From Nemertoderma westbladi (lineage: Eukaryota; Animalia; Xenacoelomorpha), in assembly GCA_032718475.1 (NCBI GenBank), contig JAUCBJ010003164.1, positions 9,784 to 73,783 on the forward strand: DNA of 64,000 bases, given 5' to 3'. Every line of letters starts with the position of its first letter. The first letter of the stretch is position 1. A program made the translations under genes and the position numbers. Positions 1-12,313 of this stretch are shown in pieces. The notes under the pieces were generated by a model, which saw only the letters and a list, made by a program, of their open reading frames with translations, was not told where the DNA came from and ran no database searches.

Positions 1-208
1 GGCTACAATTTTAAGGATCGTTAAATACAGTATGGTTGTTACTCGTCAGTAACATGAAATGGAATAGAAACACAACGCAATTCAGTGTTCCATACCAAAA
101 AATATCAACCAATTACATTTTAACACGTAAATAAATAGCGACTTTTGTGTCCATTTGTGCTTAATATGAGTGACAGCTACAGATAAATAATAAAATTACA
201 CCCAAATA

Positions 209-214
209 TTTATT
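209..214 (-). terminator. Candidate AATAAA polyadenylation signal about 130 nt after the VGLUT stop (copy 1; equivalents 14385-14390 and 46098-46103; AGTAAA in copy 3 at 32239-32244)
   Basis: Plus-strand tttatt = minus-strand AATAAA downstream of the stop. The context is AT-rich, so chance occurrence is possible. Confidence 0.4.
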
Positions 215-340
215 GTGTTCGTTGCAGCCATATAACAGTATTATGAAGCCATTGACGTCAGCAACATTACGAGAATGTATTAATACTGTCAAACTATTAG
301 GTAAGGATATCACTTTCGCTTTTCCCTTTAGATCACCTGT

Positions 341-2753
341 CTATCTCAGACTGCCTCTGTGGTGTGGGGATGCGTAATCCTCCACGATTGGTTGTTGTTC
401 CACTGAGTAGAACTGGTTGTTATAAGGTTCGGGGTTGTAGGCTTCACTCTGAACATAGTTCGAGCTGTCCTGCCCAACTGTACCGTAGGATTTCGCCGCA
501 CCGTCTAGCTTATCTTTATTATCTAGAATTATAATGAAGTCATTAATAGAAACTAATTGATACAATACTGTAGGGGTAAATTTATAGTACCGCGCCAACT
601 AGCGGTGGTTGTATGCACCGGATTGCATCGCAAGGCAGCCATTATGGGGCGAGCCATGTACTAGTTCAAAAGTATTAACTAGAGTCATATTCTTTCCAAA
701 ACTCTAACTAAATGAGGATACATTTAATACCCTCTCTAGCTTATTTATGATGGTGTATCTGTATCCTGCTCTTTTCATTTTCTTTTACTTTTTCTTCTTT
801 CAACTTTTTTTTATTTGAAGGTTCTTCTGTCACTTTACCTTCAGTAATTTACCAACAATTAATTATTGAACTACTATTGTGATTTCTTTCACTACAAACT
901 GGTTATATTTTACATTTTATATAATCGCATTTACCTAGGCAGGTATCTTTCTCATCGGCCCAAGGTTGTTTCTCACCAGACGCGAATACCCCGTAGAATA
1001 TGATCCCGGCGTAGTGGACTGTAGACGCTATGATAAACACACTTTGCCATTCCAACGCCATCTAGAGGAAGACAATTAATAGGGTAGTAATTAATTTTAA
1101 GGATTTATAATATTGAAAGTATCTGTGCATCATGATTTTAAATAACTTTAATTGAACTTAATATGCTTATACTTTTTTAATAAAACAACATTTTAATGTT
1201 AATTTCTGTTTTGATATTTCTTCCGAAAAAAAAAACAATAAAAATGTTGCTTTAATATAATAAACAAATTTAATAACGCAATCGCATCGTACCTTGTGTT
1301 TGGTGAGCAGACCAACAACCATGGGACACACCATCCCGGATAAAGTTCCGACCCCGTTAGAGATACCCATTAGTATGCTAGCGAACCGGGGAGCAATGTC
1401 CAGGTGGTTAACGTTGAATCCTGAGGACATATATAATCATAAAAAATACAAGTTCAAAGAAATTAAACTAAATGTTGCAAAATTATTAATGAAAAAATTT
1501 ACAAAGAAAATTAATCAAGAAAAACGTAATATTATTAATCCCAAATGCTAAAACTAATTTAAGGATGTAATATAATTAATGGTTTTGTTCAGAAATGGAA
1601 AAAATGAGAAAGCGCGTCACCGGGGGTTGAAAACTACAGTAATTAAACACGACATCTCAATAAATCACTGTCTAGACACCTACCGCGCCATTCTAACGTA
1701 CCTGCGGTAATTAAATTTCCCATTATTGTTATTCATATTAACATTATTTTGGTTAAATTGAGTGAAAAACATGTTATCAATGGGTAGGATGCCAGAAAAA
1801 CACCATAATTATAGTAAAAGTTTATATTTTTGGTGTGTAAAATAATTATAGAAAAAGTTTTAAGATTTCAGTACACGGTGTGGTGTGGAAGTTAGGCAGT
1901 CCTATTCCATATGAAACCGAAAGTTTGTTATGAATTCTGTACCGTGTTGACTATTATGTCACAATACTGTGGGGCGAGCCACGAAAGTAAACGAACTTAT
2001 AATACGGGTACCACTATCTGCTTGGCGGTCGGTCGGTCGCCCGGTCTTTCTGTCTGTCGGACTTATCATTAACTGCTTTATTCTCAGGAAACGCAGTTTC
2101 CTGAGTTTTATTCGCAGTTTCTTAAAACGTTGTAGGACTGAACTATGAAAAATGTTTAGAAAGTCTGACAGACTTGAAGGTCATCGGTCCGCAGTTCTCC
2201 AGTATGCCGCTAGAGTGCAAAATGTTTGAAGTTGAAAAACTTCCACCGTTTTATTTTTATTTTAATTAGTTCAAACTTGGCATATATGTACTAGAAAACT
2301 GGCTGCTTCATTGTGAGGCGGTACTCCGTCTCCACTTCTAATGATTCGCTATCGGGATCGAGATGTCTGAAAGTGAAACCCTTCTCTTATTTCGTTATTT
2401 GTTATACGTTAAAACCGCCTAGTGGAACTTAATTTTTTGCTATATTAATAATAAATTGTAACAGAATAATACGGTTACAGCAGGCCTATATATTAAAAAA
2501 AACTCTTACCCGATATGGCAAATCCACTAAACCCTACAGCCATGGTCAGGCAGGTTATAGCTGTTGTGCGGTCTCTTGTCATGGCAACACCCAATAGGAA
2601 ACTAGCCTCCATACCGAAACCGCCGCAGTTGAAGATCTTTCGAACGGCCGTGGTTGATAAAATACCGCGCGATCGCAGAAAATCCGCCATGTATCCACCG
2701 ATAGGAACCAAAATCGCCATTACAAGATGGGGTAGGGCCGAAAGGATACCAAT
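341..2753 (-). CDS. VGLUT: Vesicular glutamate transporter (SLC17 family, MFS), 3' partial, copy 1: four spliced exons 2753-2510, 1420-1293, 1061-935, 522-341 (stop TAG)
   Basis: Spliced translation [54 protein letters not shown]...[89 protein letters not shown]... matches hallmark VGLUT/EAT-4 C-terminal motifs. GT-AG introns, exon lengths 244/128/127/182 with compatible phases. No upstream exon found. Confidence 0.93.
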
Positions 2754-3287
2754 CTGTCGTGAAAGAATACATTATATCAATAAATTATGTAGGAAAGGGA
2801 AAGTCCAAAGCATATAATTAATAATCTATTGTTAGATAACGAGTTTGTATTGTTGGTTGGACTTATGTTAAAGTGACCAAATGGAATCAAAAGAAAGATG
2901 TTACGATATGAGTATATATTTCGGGCAACAGCCCATTATCAACTCATAATAATCTATTGTGGTTCTGGAAATGTGATACAAAGTTGCCAAGTGATCTACT
3001 TAAATTTGTGCACAAAAATATCGGATTTGATAAGATTCGAACTCACGGTCTCTAGCTGATAAGTCGAACGCGCTCTCAGATACACGTTACAAAACTATTG
3101 ATAAAAGTTAAACACGAAATATCGGGGCAACCTGAAATCTACTCTCTCTTCACTGTTACCTGTAAAGCGGAAATCGCACACTCTACAGTAACTTACACGG
3201 ATGCAGAGCACCTTAGTAGCTACCCAATGCCAATTCCGCCCGCAAAATAAGGTTCCCATATCGATGGTTAGACACCAAGTTACGAAA

Positions 3288-3420
3288 ACTCACCTGGCAC
3301 ACAAAACGGGTACTGGCCATAGACTCACCTGGGACTCAAAAGGGGAACTGGGCTGGCCATAGACTCACCTGGGACACAAAACGGGGGCTGGGCATAGACT
3401 CACCTGGGACACAAAACGGG
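3288..3420 (-). repeat. Minisatellite, 4 units of about 35-41 bp, each containing TTTTG(T/A)GT(C/G)CCAG|GTGAGT on the minus strand
   Basis: Plus-strand actcacctgg(g)...caaaa occurs four times. Confidence 0.85.
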
Positions 3421-4867
3421 TACGGGATTATAATAAATAAATTACCTTTCTTGTAATCGTCCCTGGTCCTGAAACACTTTAATATATTTGATTGCGAACG
3501 GCCATTAATGCGACGTCTCTATAATAAAGCAGATAATATTTAGGCCTATGAATAAACAAACTATAATAATACTGGAATACAAAACTAAACACTAAATAGG
3601 GTAACTAACTAGAAAGTCAAGGTTAAACCATACCGAATGAATATAATACAAAGCCGGTTGGTTGAAAGCATATTATATTGATATGAAGACACAAGAGTAT
3701 TGTTATTGACTTCGCAATACAAAGTAATAATTATATGTCTGGAGGGAGGAATGACCCCGTGCCTTTGTATAATAGCCGACCCACCGACTGGCATTGCAAT
3801 TAATAATAAAAATGCTTCTACAGCTACGGTACTGTACAGCCAATAAGAACATTGAATATTAGTTAAAGGCAATGGCTGTATGAATAGCCGCGTTAAGTTA
3901 AACTGCAACAGAGGTGTATGTAAAGTGAAAGAAATAGGCCACAGTCACTCAGGTAAGCAAGCCTGAATGAGATGATGAGTATGACAAGGGCTTGAAGTAT
4001 TGGCTACCCCGCCCATCAACTATAGTAACTGTATGATATTTCGTCTTAAATTCCCGCTTTGAGGTTCTGAAGGATGAGTTGATTCCACTTTTTAGCTGTT
4101 ATTTAGGTGAAAAAAAGCATAAGAAGATGACGTAAAGAAATGCTTGATGTTTTCACTTAATTAACAGCAGAAATGTGTTGGAATTGAAGTTATTGATTTT
4201 TGTAGATTACTTACTCAAGAAATGTGTGAAAGACATTTTTCAAAATGAAAGACATTTTTGTGAAAGTGTCTTTAAAAAATGAGTGTAAGTCAGCCAATGG
4301 GCATAGCTGAATCGACATTATGTTTTTTTTGTAATAACGCGCCATAGAATAACATGGAGTAACTATGACAATACCATGGTAAGGGCCAGTATAATAATTG
4401 TCTCTAGCGGCATACCCCCCCCCCCCCCCCCCGGCCGTCTCTCTCTGCTGCCTCTAGCGTCGGTAGTAAATTCATACTGTGCCACGTGGTGGTGTGTAAC
4501 ACTTTTCCTATTGTAAGTACAATGAATGTGGAAGGGATGGATAAGGCAATAATTATTCTATCATAGGAGAAGGGGAATATTATATGTTGATGTGGGCAGG
4601 GAATAATGCCGGTGGTTGGGTTATATTGTTAAAGTAATGAAAAGTTTAAAGGTCTGTATGTTCGGTTGTTGTGGATGAAAAATGCTGAATTAAATTTCTT
4701 TAGATTCACTGTAAATTGATCTTTCTATTATTCATACCAAGAACTAACAATCAGGATCAAGAATAACCTTATTTAAAAAATGTATTATTATATATCCTGC
4801 GGTATGCAATGCCATTGGTTTCAATGTCGATTACAATATCAATATCGGTTATTGGTATCGGTTACTG

Positions 4868-7754
4868 GTACTTGTACTTGTACTTGTATTTGTACTTGTA
4901 CTTGTACTTGTACTTGTACTTGTACTTGTACTTCTAATTGTACTTGTACTTGTACTTGTACTTGTACTGGTACTTGTACTGGTACTTGTACCTGTACTTG
5001 TACTTGTACTTGTACCTGTACTTGTACTTGTACTTGAACTTGTACTTGTACCTGTACTTGTACTTGTACCTGTACTTGTACTTGTAATTGAACTTGAACT
5101 TGTAATTGTACTTGTACTTGTACATGTACTTGAACTTGTAATTGTACTTGTACTTGAACTTGTACTTGTACTTGTACCTGTACTTGTATTTGTACTTGTA
5201 CTTGTACTTGTACTTGAACTTGTACATGTACTTGTACCTGTACTTGTACTTGAACTTGTACTTGTAATTGTACTTGTATTTGTACTTGTACTTGTACTTC
5301 TAATTGTATTTGTACTTGTACTTGTACTTGTACTGGTACTTGTACTGGTACTTGTACCTGTACTTGTACTTGTACTTGTACCTGTACTTGTACTTGAACT
5401 TGTACTTGTACTTGTACTTGTACCTGTACTTGTACCTGTACTTGTACTTGTACTGGTACTTGTACTGGTACTTGTACCTGTACTTGTACTTGTACCTGTA
5501 CTTGTACTTGTACTTGAACTTGTACTTGTACTTGTACCTGTACTTGTACCTGTACTTGTACTTGTACTTGTACTTGTAATTGAACTTGAACTTGTACTTG
5601 TAATTGAACTTGAACTTGTAATTGTACTTGTACTTGTACATGTACTTGAACTTGTACTTGTACTTGAACTTGTACTTGTACTTGTACTTGTACTTGAACT
5701 TGTACATGTACTTGTACTTGTACCTGTACTTGTACTTGTACTTGAACTTGAACTTGTAATTGTACTTGTACTTGTATTTGTACTTGTACTTCTAATTGTA
5801 CTTGTACTTGTACTTGTACATGTACTTGAACTTGTATATGTACTTGTACTTGAACTTGTACTTGTACTTGTACCTGTACTCTTACTTGTACTTGTACTTG
5901 TACTTGTAATTGAACTTGAACTTGTAATTTTACTTGTACTTGTACATGTACATGTACATGTACTTGTACTTGTACTTGTACCTGTACTTGTACTTGTACC
6001 TGTACTTGTACTTGTACTTGAACTTGTACTTGTACTTGTAATTGAACTTGAACTTGTAATTGTACTTGTACTTGTACTTGTACATGTACTTGTACTTGTA
6101 CTTGAACTTGTACTTGTACTTGTACCTGTACTTGTACCTGTACTTGTACTTGTACTTGAACTTGTACTTGTACTTGTAATTGAACTTGAACTTGTAATTG
6201 TACTTGTACTTGTACTTGTACTTGTACATGTACTTGAACTTGTACTTGTACTTGTACTTGAACTTGTACTTGTACTTGTACTTGAACTTGTACATGTACT
6301 TGTACTTGTACCTGTACTTGTACTTGTACTTGAACTTGAACTTGTAATTGTACTTGTACTTGTATTTGTACTTGTACTTCTAATTGTACTTGTACTTGTA
6401 CTTGTACATGTACTTGAACTTGTATATGTACTTGTACTTGAACTTGTACTTGTACCTGTACTCTTACTTGTACTTGTACTTGTACTTGTAATTGAACTTG
6501 AACTTGTAATTTTACTTGTACTTGTACATGTACATGTACATGTACTTGTACTTGTACTTGAACTTGTACTTGTACTTGTACCTGTACTTGTACTTGTACC
6601 TGTACTTGTACTTGTACTTGAACTTGTACTTGTAATTGAACTTGAACTTGTAATTGTACTTGTACTTGTACATGTACTTGTACTTGTACTTGTACTTGAA
6701 CTTGTACTTGTAATTGTACTTGTATTTGTACTTGTACTTGTACTTCTAATTGTACTTGTACTTGTACTTGTACCTGTACTTGTACTTGTACTTCTAATTG
6801 TACTTGTACTTCTAATTGTACTTGTACTTGTACTTGTACTTGTACTTGTACTTGTACTTGTACTTGTACTTGCACTTGTACTTGTAATTGTGCTTGTGCT
6901 TGTGCTTATGCTTGTGCTTGTACTTGTACTTGTACTTGAACTTGTACTTGTAATTGAACTTGAACTTGTAATTGTACTTGTACTTGTACTTGTACATGTA
7001 CATGTACTTGAACTTGTACTTGTACTTGAACTTGTACTTGTACCTGTACTTGTACTTGTACTTGTACTTGAACTTGTACATGTACTTGTACTTGTACCTG
7101 TACTTGTACTTGTACTTGAACTTGAACTTGTAATTGTACTTGAACTTGTATATGTACTTGTACTTGAACTTGTACTTGTACCTGTTCTCTTACTTGTACT
7201 TGTACTTGTAATTGAACTTGAACTTGTAATTTTACTTGTACTTGTACATGTACATGTACATGTACTTGTACTTGTACTTGAACTTGTACTTGTACCTGTA
7301 CTTGTACTTGTACTTGTACCTGTACTTGTACTTGTACCTGTACTTGTACTTGAACTTGTACTTGTAATTGAACTTGAACTTGTACTTGTACTTGTACATG
7401 TACATGTACTTGAACTTGTACTTGTACTTGAACTTGTACTTGTACTTGTACCTGTACTTGTACTTGTACATGTACTTGTACTTGTACTTGTACTTGTACT
7501 TGAACTTGTACTTGTACTTGTAATTGTACTTATACTTGTATTTGTACTTGTACTTGTACTTCTAATTGTACTTGTACTTGTACATGTACTTGAACTTGTA
7601 TATGTACTTGTACTTGAACTTGTACTTGTACTTGAACTTGTAATTGTACTTGTACTTGTACATGTACTTGAACTTGTACTTGAACTTGTACTTTTACTGG
7701 TACTTGTGCTTGTTCTTGTACTTGCACTTCTATTTGTAATTGTACTTGTACTTG
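4868..7754. repeat. Variant hexamer microsatellite (GTACTT)n, array 1 (about 2.9 kb)
   Basis: GTACTT interspersed with GAACTT, GTACCT, GTACAT, GTAATT, CTAATT, GTATTT and GTGCTT units. Confidence 0.98.
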
Positions 7755-7765
7755 TTGTATTTTTT

Positions 7766-10700
7766 AGAATTCCGGACAGTATTTTGGACAGTTTTGCCCG
7801 GAAATCCGGGCATTTTGCCGGATTTTTGGATGTCCGGGCATTCTAGTGCCCGGGCATCCGGACATCCGGGCGAATTTGGAACGGTCAAATTGTCGGACAG
7901 TAAAGTTTAATGGACGCCTGGATTTACAGATTTCCGGGCAGTATTTTGGACAAATTTGCCTGGAAATCCGGACAATTTGCCGGATTTTTGGATGTCCGGG
8001 CGACTTTGGAACAGTCAAATATGCCGATAGAAAAGTTAACTGGACGCCCAGATTTGCCAAATTCCGGACAGTAATTTGGACAGTTTGCCCGGAAATACAG
8101 ACATTTTGGCCGGATTTACGGACGTCCGGGTATCCTAGTGCCCGGAAGTCCGGACATCCGGAAGTCCGGGCGACTTTGGAATGGACAAATAGTCGGACAG
8201 ACAAGTTTAATGGACGCCCGGATTTACAAAATTCCGGACAGTATTTTGGACAAATTTGCCCGGAAATCCGGACAATTTGCCGGATTTTTGGATGTCCGGG
8301 CACTCCAGTGCCCGGGCGTCCGGATTTCCGGGCGACTTTGGAACGGACAAATAGTCGGACAGACAAGTTTAATGGATGCCCAGATTTACAGATTTCCGGG
8401 CAGTATTTTGGACGAATTTGCCCGGAAATCCGGACATTTTGCCGGATATTTGGATGTCCGGGCATTCCAGTGCCCGGGCGTCCGGACTTCCGGGCGACTT
8501 TGGAACGGACAAATAGTCGGACAGACAATTTAAATGGACGCCCGCATTTACAGATTTCCGGGCAGTATTTTGGACAAATTTGCCCGGAAATCCGGACATT
8601 ATGCCGGATTTTTTGATGTCCGGGCATTCCAGTGCCCGGGCGTCCGGACATCCGGGCGACTTTAGAACGGACAAATAGTCGAACAGACAAGTTTAATAGA
8701 CGCCCGGATTTACGGAATTCCGGGCAGTATTTTGGAGAAATTTGCCCGGAAATCCGGACAATTTGCCGGATTTTTGGATGTCCGGGCATTCCAGTGCCCG
8801 GGCGTCCGGACTTCCGGGCGACTTTGGAATGGACAAATAGTCGGACAGACAAGTTTAATGGACGCCCGGATTTACAAAATTCCGGACAGTATTTTGGACA
8901 AATTTGCCCAGAAATCCGGACAATTTGCCGGATTTTTGGATGTCCGGGCACTCCAGTGCCCGGGCGTCCGGATTTTCGGGCGACTTTGGAACGGACAAAT
9001 AGTCGGACAGACAAGTTTAATGGATGCCCAGATTTACAGATTTCCGGGCAGTATTTTGGACGAATTTGCCCGGAAATCCGGACATTTTGCCGGATATTTG
9101 GATGTCCGGGCATTCCAGTGCCCGGGCGTCCGGACTTCCGGGCGACTTTGGAACGGACAAATAGTCGGACAGACAATTTAAATGGACGCCCGCATTTACA
9201 GATTTCCGGGCAGTATTTTGGACAAATTTGCCCGGAAATCCGGACATTATGCCGGATTTTTTGATGTCCGGGCATTCCAGTGCCCGGGCGTCCGGACATC
9301 CGGGCGACTTTAGAACGGACAAATAGTCGAACAGACAAGTTTAATAGACGCCCGGATTTACGGAATTCCGGGCAGTATTTTGGAGAAATTTGCCCGGAAA
9401 TCCGGACATTTTGCCGGATTTTTGGATTTCCGGGCATTCCAGTGCCCAGGCGTCCGGACTTCCGGGCGACTTTGGAACGGACAAATAGTCGGACAGACAA
9501 GTTAAATGGACGCCCGGATTTACAGATTTCCGGGCAGTATTTTGGACGAATTTGCCCGGAAATCCGGACAATTTGCCGGATTTTTGGATGTCCGGGCATT
9601 CCAGTGCCCGGGCGTCCGGACTTCCGGGCGACTTTGGAACGGACAAATAGTCGGACAGACAATTTAAATGGACGCCCGGATTTACAGATTTCCGGGCAGT
9701 ATTTTGGACAAATTTGCCCGGAAATCCGGACATTTTGCCGGATTTTTTGATGTCCGGGCATTCCAGTGCCCGGGCGTCCGGACATCCGGGCGACTTTAGA
9801 ACGGACAAATAGTCGGACAGACAAGTTAAATGGACGCCCGGATTTACAGATTTCCGGGCAGTATTTTGGAGAAATTTGCCCGGAAATCCGGACAATTTGC
9901 CGGATTTTTGGATGTCCGGGCATTCCAGTGCCCGGGCGTCCGGACATCCGGGCGACTTTGGAACGGGAAAATAGTCGGACAGACAAGTTTAATAGAACGC
10001 CCGGATTTACGGAATTCCGGGCAGTATTTTGGACAAATTTGCCCGGAAATCCGGACATTTTGCCGGATTTTTGGATTTCCGGGCATTCCAGTGCCCGGGC
10101 GTCCGGACTTCCGGGCGACTTTGGAACGGACAAATAGTCGGACAGAGAAGTTTAATGGACGCCCGGATTTATAGATTTCCGGGCAGTATTTTGGACAAAT
10201 TTGCCCGGAAATCCGGACATTTTGCCGGATTTTTGGATGTCCGGGCATTCCAGTGCCCGGGCGTCCGGACTTCCGGGCGACTTTGGAACGGACAAATAGT
10301 CGGACAGACAAGTTAAATGGACGCCCGGATTTACAGATTTCCGGGCAGTATTTTGGACGAATTTGCCCGGAAATCCGGACAATTTGCCGGATTTTTGGAT
10401 GTCCGGGCATTCCAGTGCCCGGGCGTCCGGACTTCCGGGCGACTTTGGAACGGACAAATAGTCGGACAGACAATTTAAATGGACGCCCGGATTTACAGAT
10501 TTCCGGGCAGTATTTTGGACAAATTTGCCCGGAAATCCGGACATTTTGCCGGATTTTTTGATGTCCGGGCATTCCAGTGCCCGGGCGTCCGGACATCCGG
10601 GCGACTTTAGAACGGACAAATAGTCGGACAGACAAGTTAAATGGACGCCCGGATTTACAGATTTCCGGGCAGTATTTTGGAGAAATTTGCCGGGAAATCC

Positions 10701-12277
10701 GGACAATTTGACGGATTTTTGGATGTCCGGGCATTCCAGTGCCCGGGCGTCCGGACTTCCGGGCGACTTTGGAACGGGAAAATAGTCGGACAGACAAGTT
10801 TAATAAACGCCCGGATCTACGGAATTCCGGGCAGTATTTTGGACAAATTTGCCGGAAATCCGGACAATTTGCCGGATTTTTGGATTTCCGGGCATTCCAG
10901 TGCCCGGGCGTCCGGACTTCCGGGCGACTTTAGAACGGACAAATAGTCGGACAGAGAAGTTAAATGGACGCCCGGATTTATAGAATTCCGGGCAGTATTT
11001 TGGACAAATTTGCCCGGAAATCCGGACATTTTGCCGGATTTTTGGATGTCCGGGCATTCCAGTGCCCGGGCGTCCGGACTTCCGGGCGACTTTGGAACGG
11101 ACAAATAGTCGGACAGACAAGTTTAATGGACGCCCGGATTTACAGATTTCCGGGCAGTATTTTGGACGAATTTGCCCGGAAATCCGGACAATTTGCCGGA
11201 TTTTTGGATGTCCGGGCATTCCAGTGCCCGGGCGTCCGGACTTCCGGGCGACTTTGGAACGGACAAATAGTCGGACAGACAATTTAAATGGACGCCCGGA
11301 TTTACAGATTTCCGGGCAGTATTTTGGACAAATTTGCCCGGAAATCCGGACATTTTGCCGGATTTTTGGATGTCCGGGCATTCCAGTGCCCGGGCGTCCG
11401 GACATCCGGGCGACTTTAGAACGGACAAATAGTCGGACAGACAAGTTTAATAGACGCCCGGATTTACGGATTTCCGGGCAGTATTTTGGAGAAATTTGCC
11501 GGGAAATCCGGACAATTTGCCGGATTTTTGGATGTCCGGGCATTCCAGTGCCCGGGCGTCCGGACTTCCGGGCGACTTTGGAACGGGAAAATAGTCGGAC
11601 AGACAAGTTTAATAAACGCCCGGATCTACGGAATTCCGGGCAGTATTTTGGACAAATTTGCCCGGAAATCCGGACAATTTGCCGGATTTTTGGATTTCCG
11701 GGCATTCCAGTGCCCGGGCGTCCGGACTTCCGGGCGACTTTAGAACGGACAAATAGTCGGACAGAGAAGTTAAATGGACGCCCGGATTTATAGAATTCCG
11801 GGCAGTATTTTGGACAAATTTGCCCGGAAATCCGGACATTTTGCCGGATTTTTGGATGTCCGGGCATTCCAGTGCCCGGGCGTCCGGACTTCCGGGCGAC
11901 TTTGGAACGGACAAATAGTCGGACAGACAAGTTAAATGGACGCCCGGATTTACAGAATTCCGGGCAGTATTTTGGACAAATTTGCCCGGAAATCCGGACA
12001 TTTTGCCGGATTTTTGGATGTCCGGGCATTCCAGTGCCCGGGCGTCCGGACATCCGGGCGACTTTAGAACGGACAAATAGTCGGACAGACAAGTTTAATG
12101 AACGCCCGGATTTACAGATTTCCGGGCAGTATTTTGGACAAATTTGCCTGGAAATACAGACATTTTGGCCTGATTTCCGGGCGTCCGGGCATCCTTGCGC
12201 CAGTATATCCGGACGCCCGGGCGACTTGAGAACAGTCAAATAGGCAGACAGAAACGTTTACTGGATGCCCCGATTTT
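7766..12277. repeat. 162-bp satellite array 1 (about 28 monomers)
   Basis: Monomer gatttacagatttccgggcagtattttggacaaatttgcccggaaatccggacattttgccggatttttggatgtccgggcattccagtgcccgggcgtccggacttccgggcgactttggaacggacaaatagtcggacagacaagtttaatggacgcccg; 54-codon periodicity in the ORF track. Confidence 0.98.
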
Positions 12278-12313
12278 GATGCCCAAATATTGGTGTTTAA
12301 TCTCAAATTGCAA

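Noticed and set aside
1294-2817. Plus-strand ORFs 1294-1551 and 2515-2817 and their copies
   Set aside because: Antisense shadows of VGLUT exons.
3609-3908. 99-aa minus-strand ORF as a possible upstream VGLUT exon
   Set aside because: No VGLUT motif; frameshifted in unit 2 and truncated in unit 3.
4868-7754. Telomeric repeat
   Set aside because: GTACTT/AAGTAC has no G-rich strand and is internal, flanked by the same sequences in every unit.
4839-7846. Long poly-QV, poly-YK, poly-LV and poly-TC ORFs (also at 19-22 kb, 36.9-40.6 kb and 50.8-53.6 kb)
   Set aside because: The GTACTT hexamer has no stop codon in any frame, so long ORFs are expected. They are open on both strands and have no unique coding flanks.
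7766-12277. CRISPR-like array
   Set aside because: Monomers are contiguous with no unique spacers, there are no cas genes, and the context is intron-containing eukaryotic DNA.
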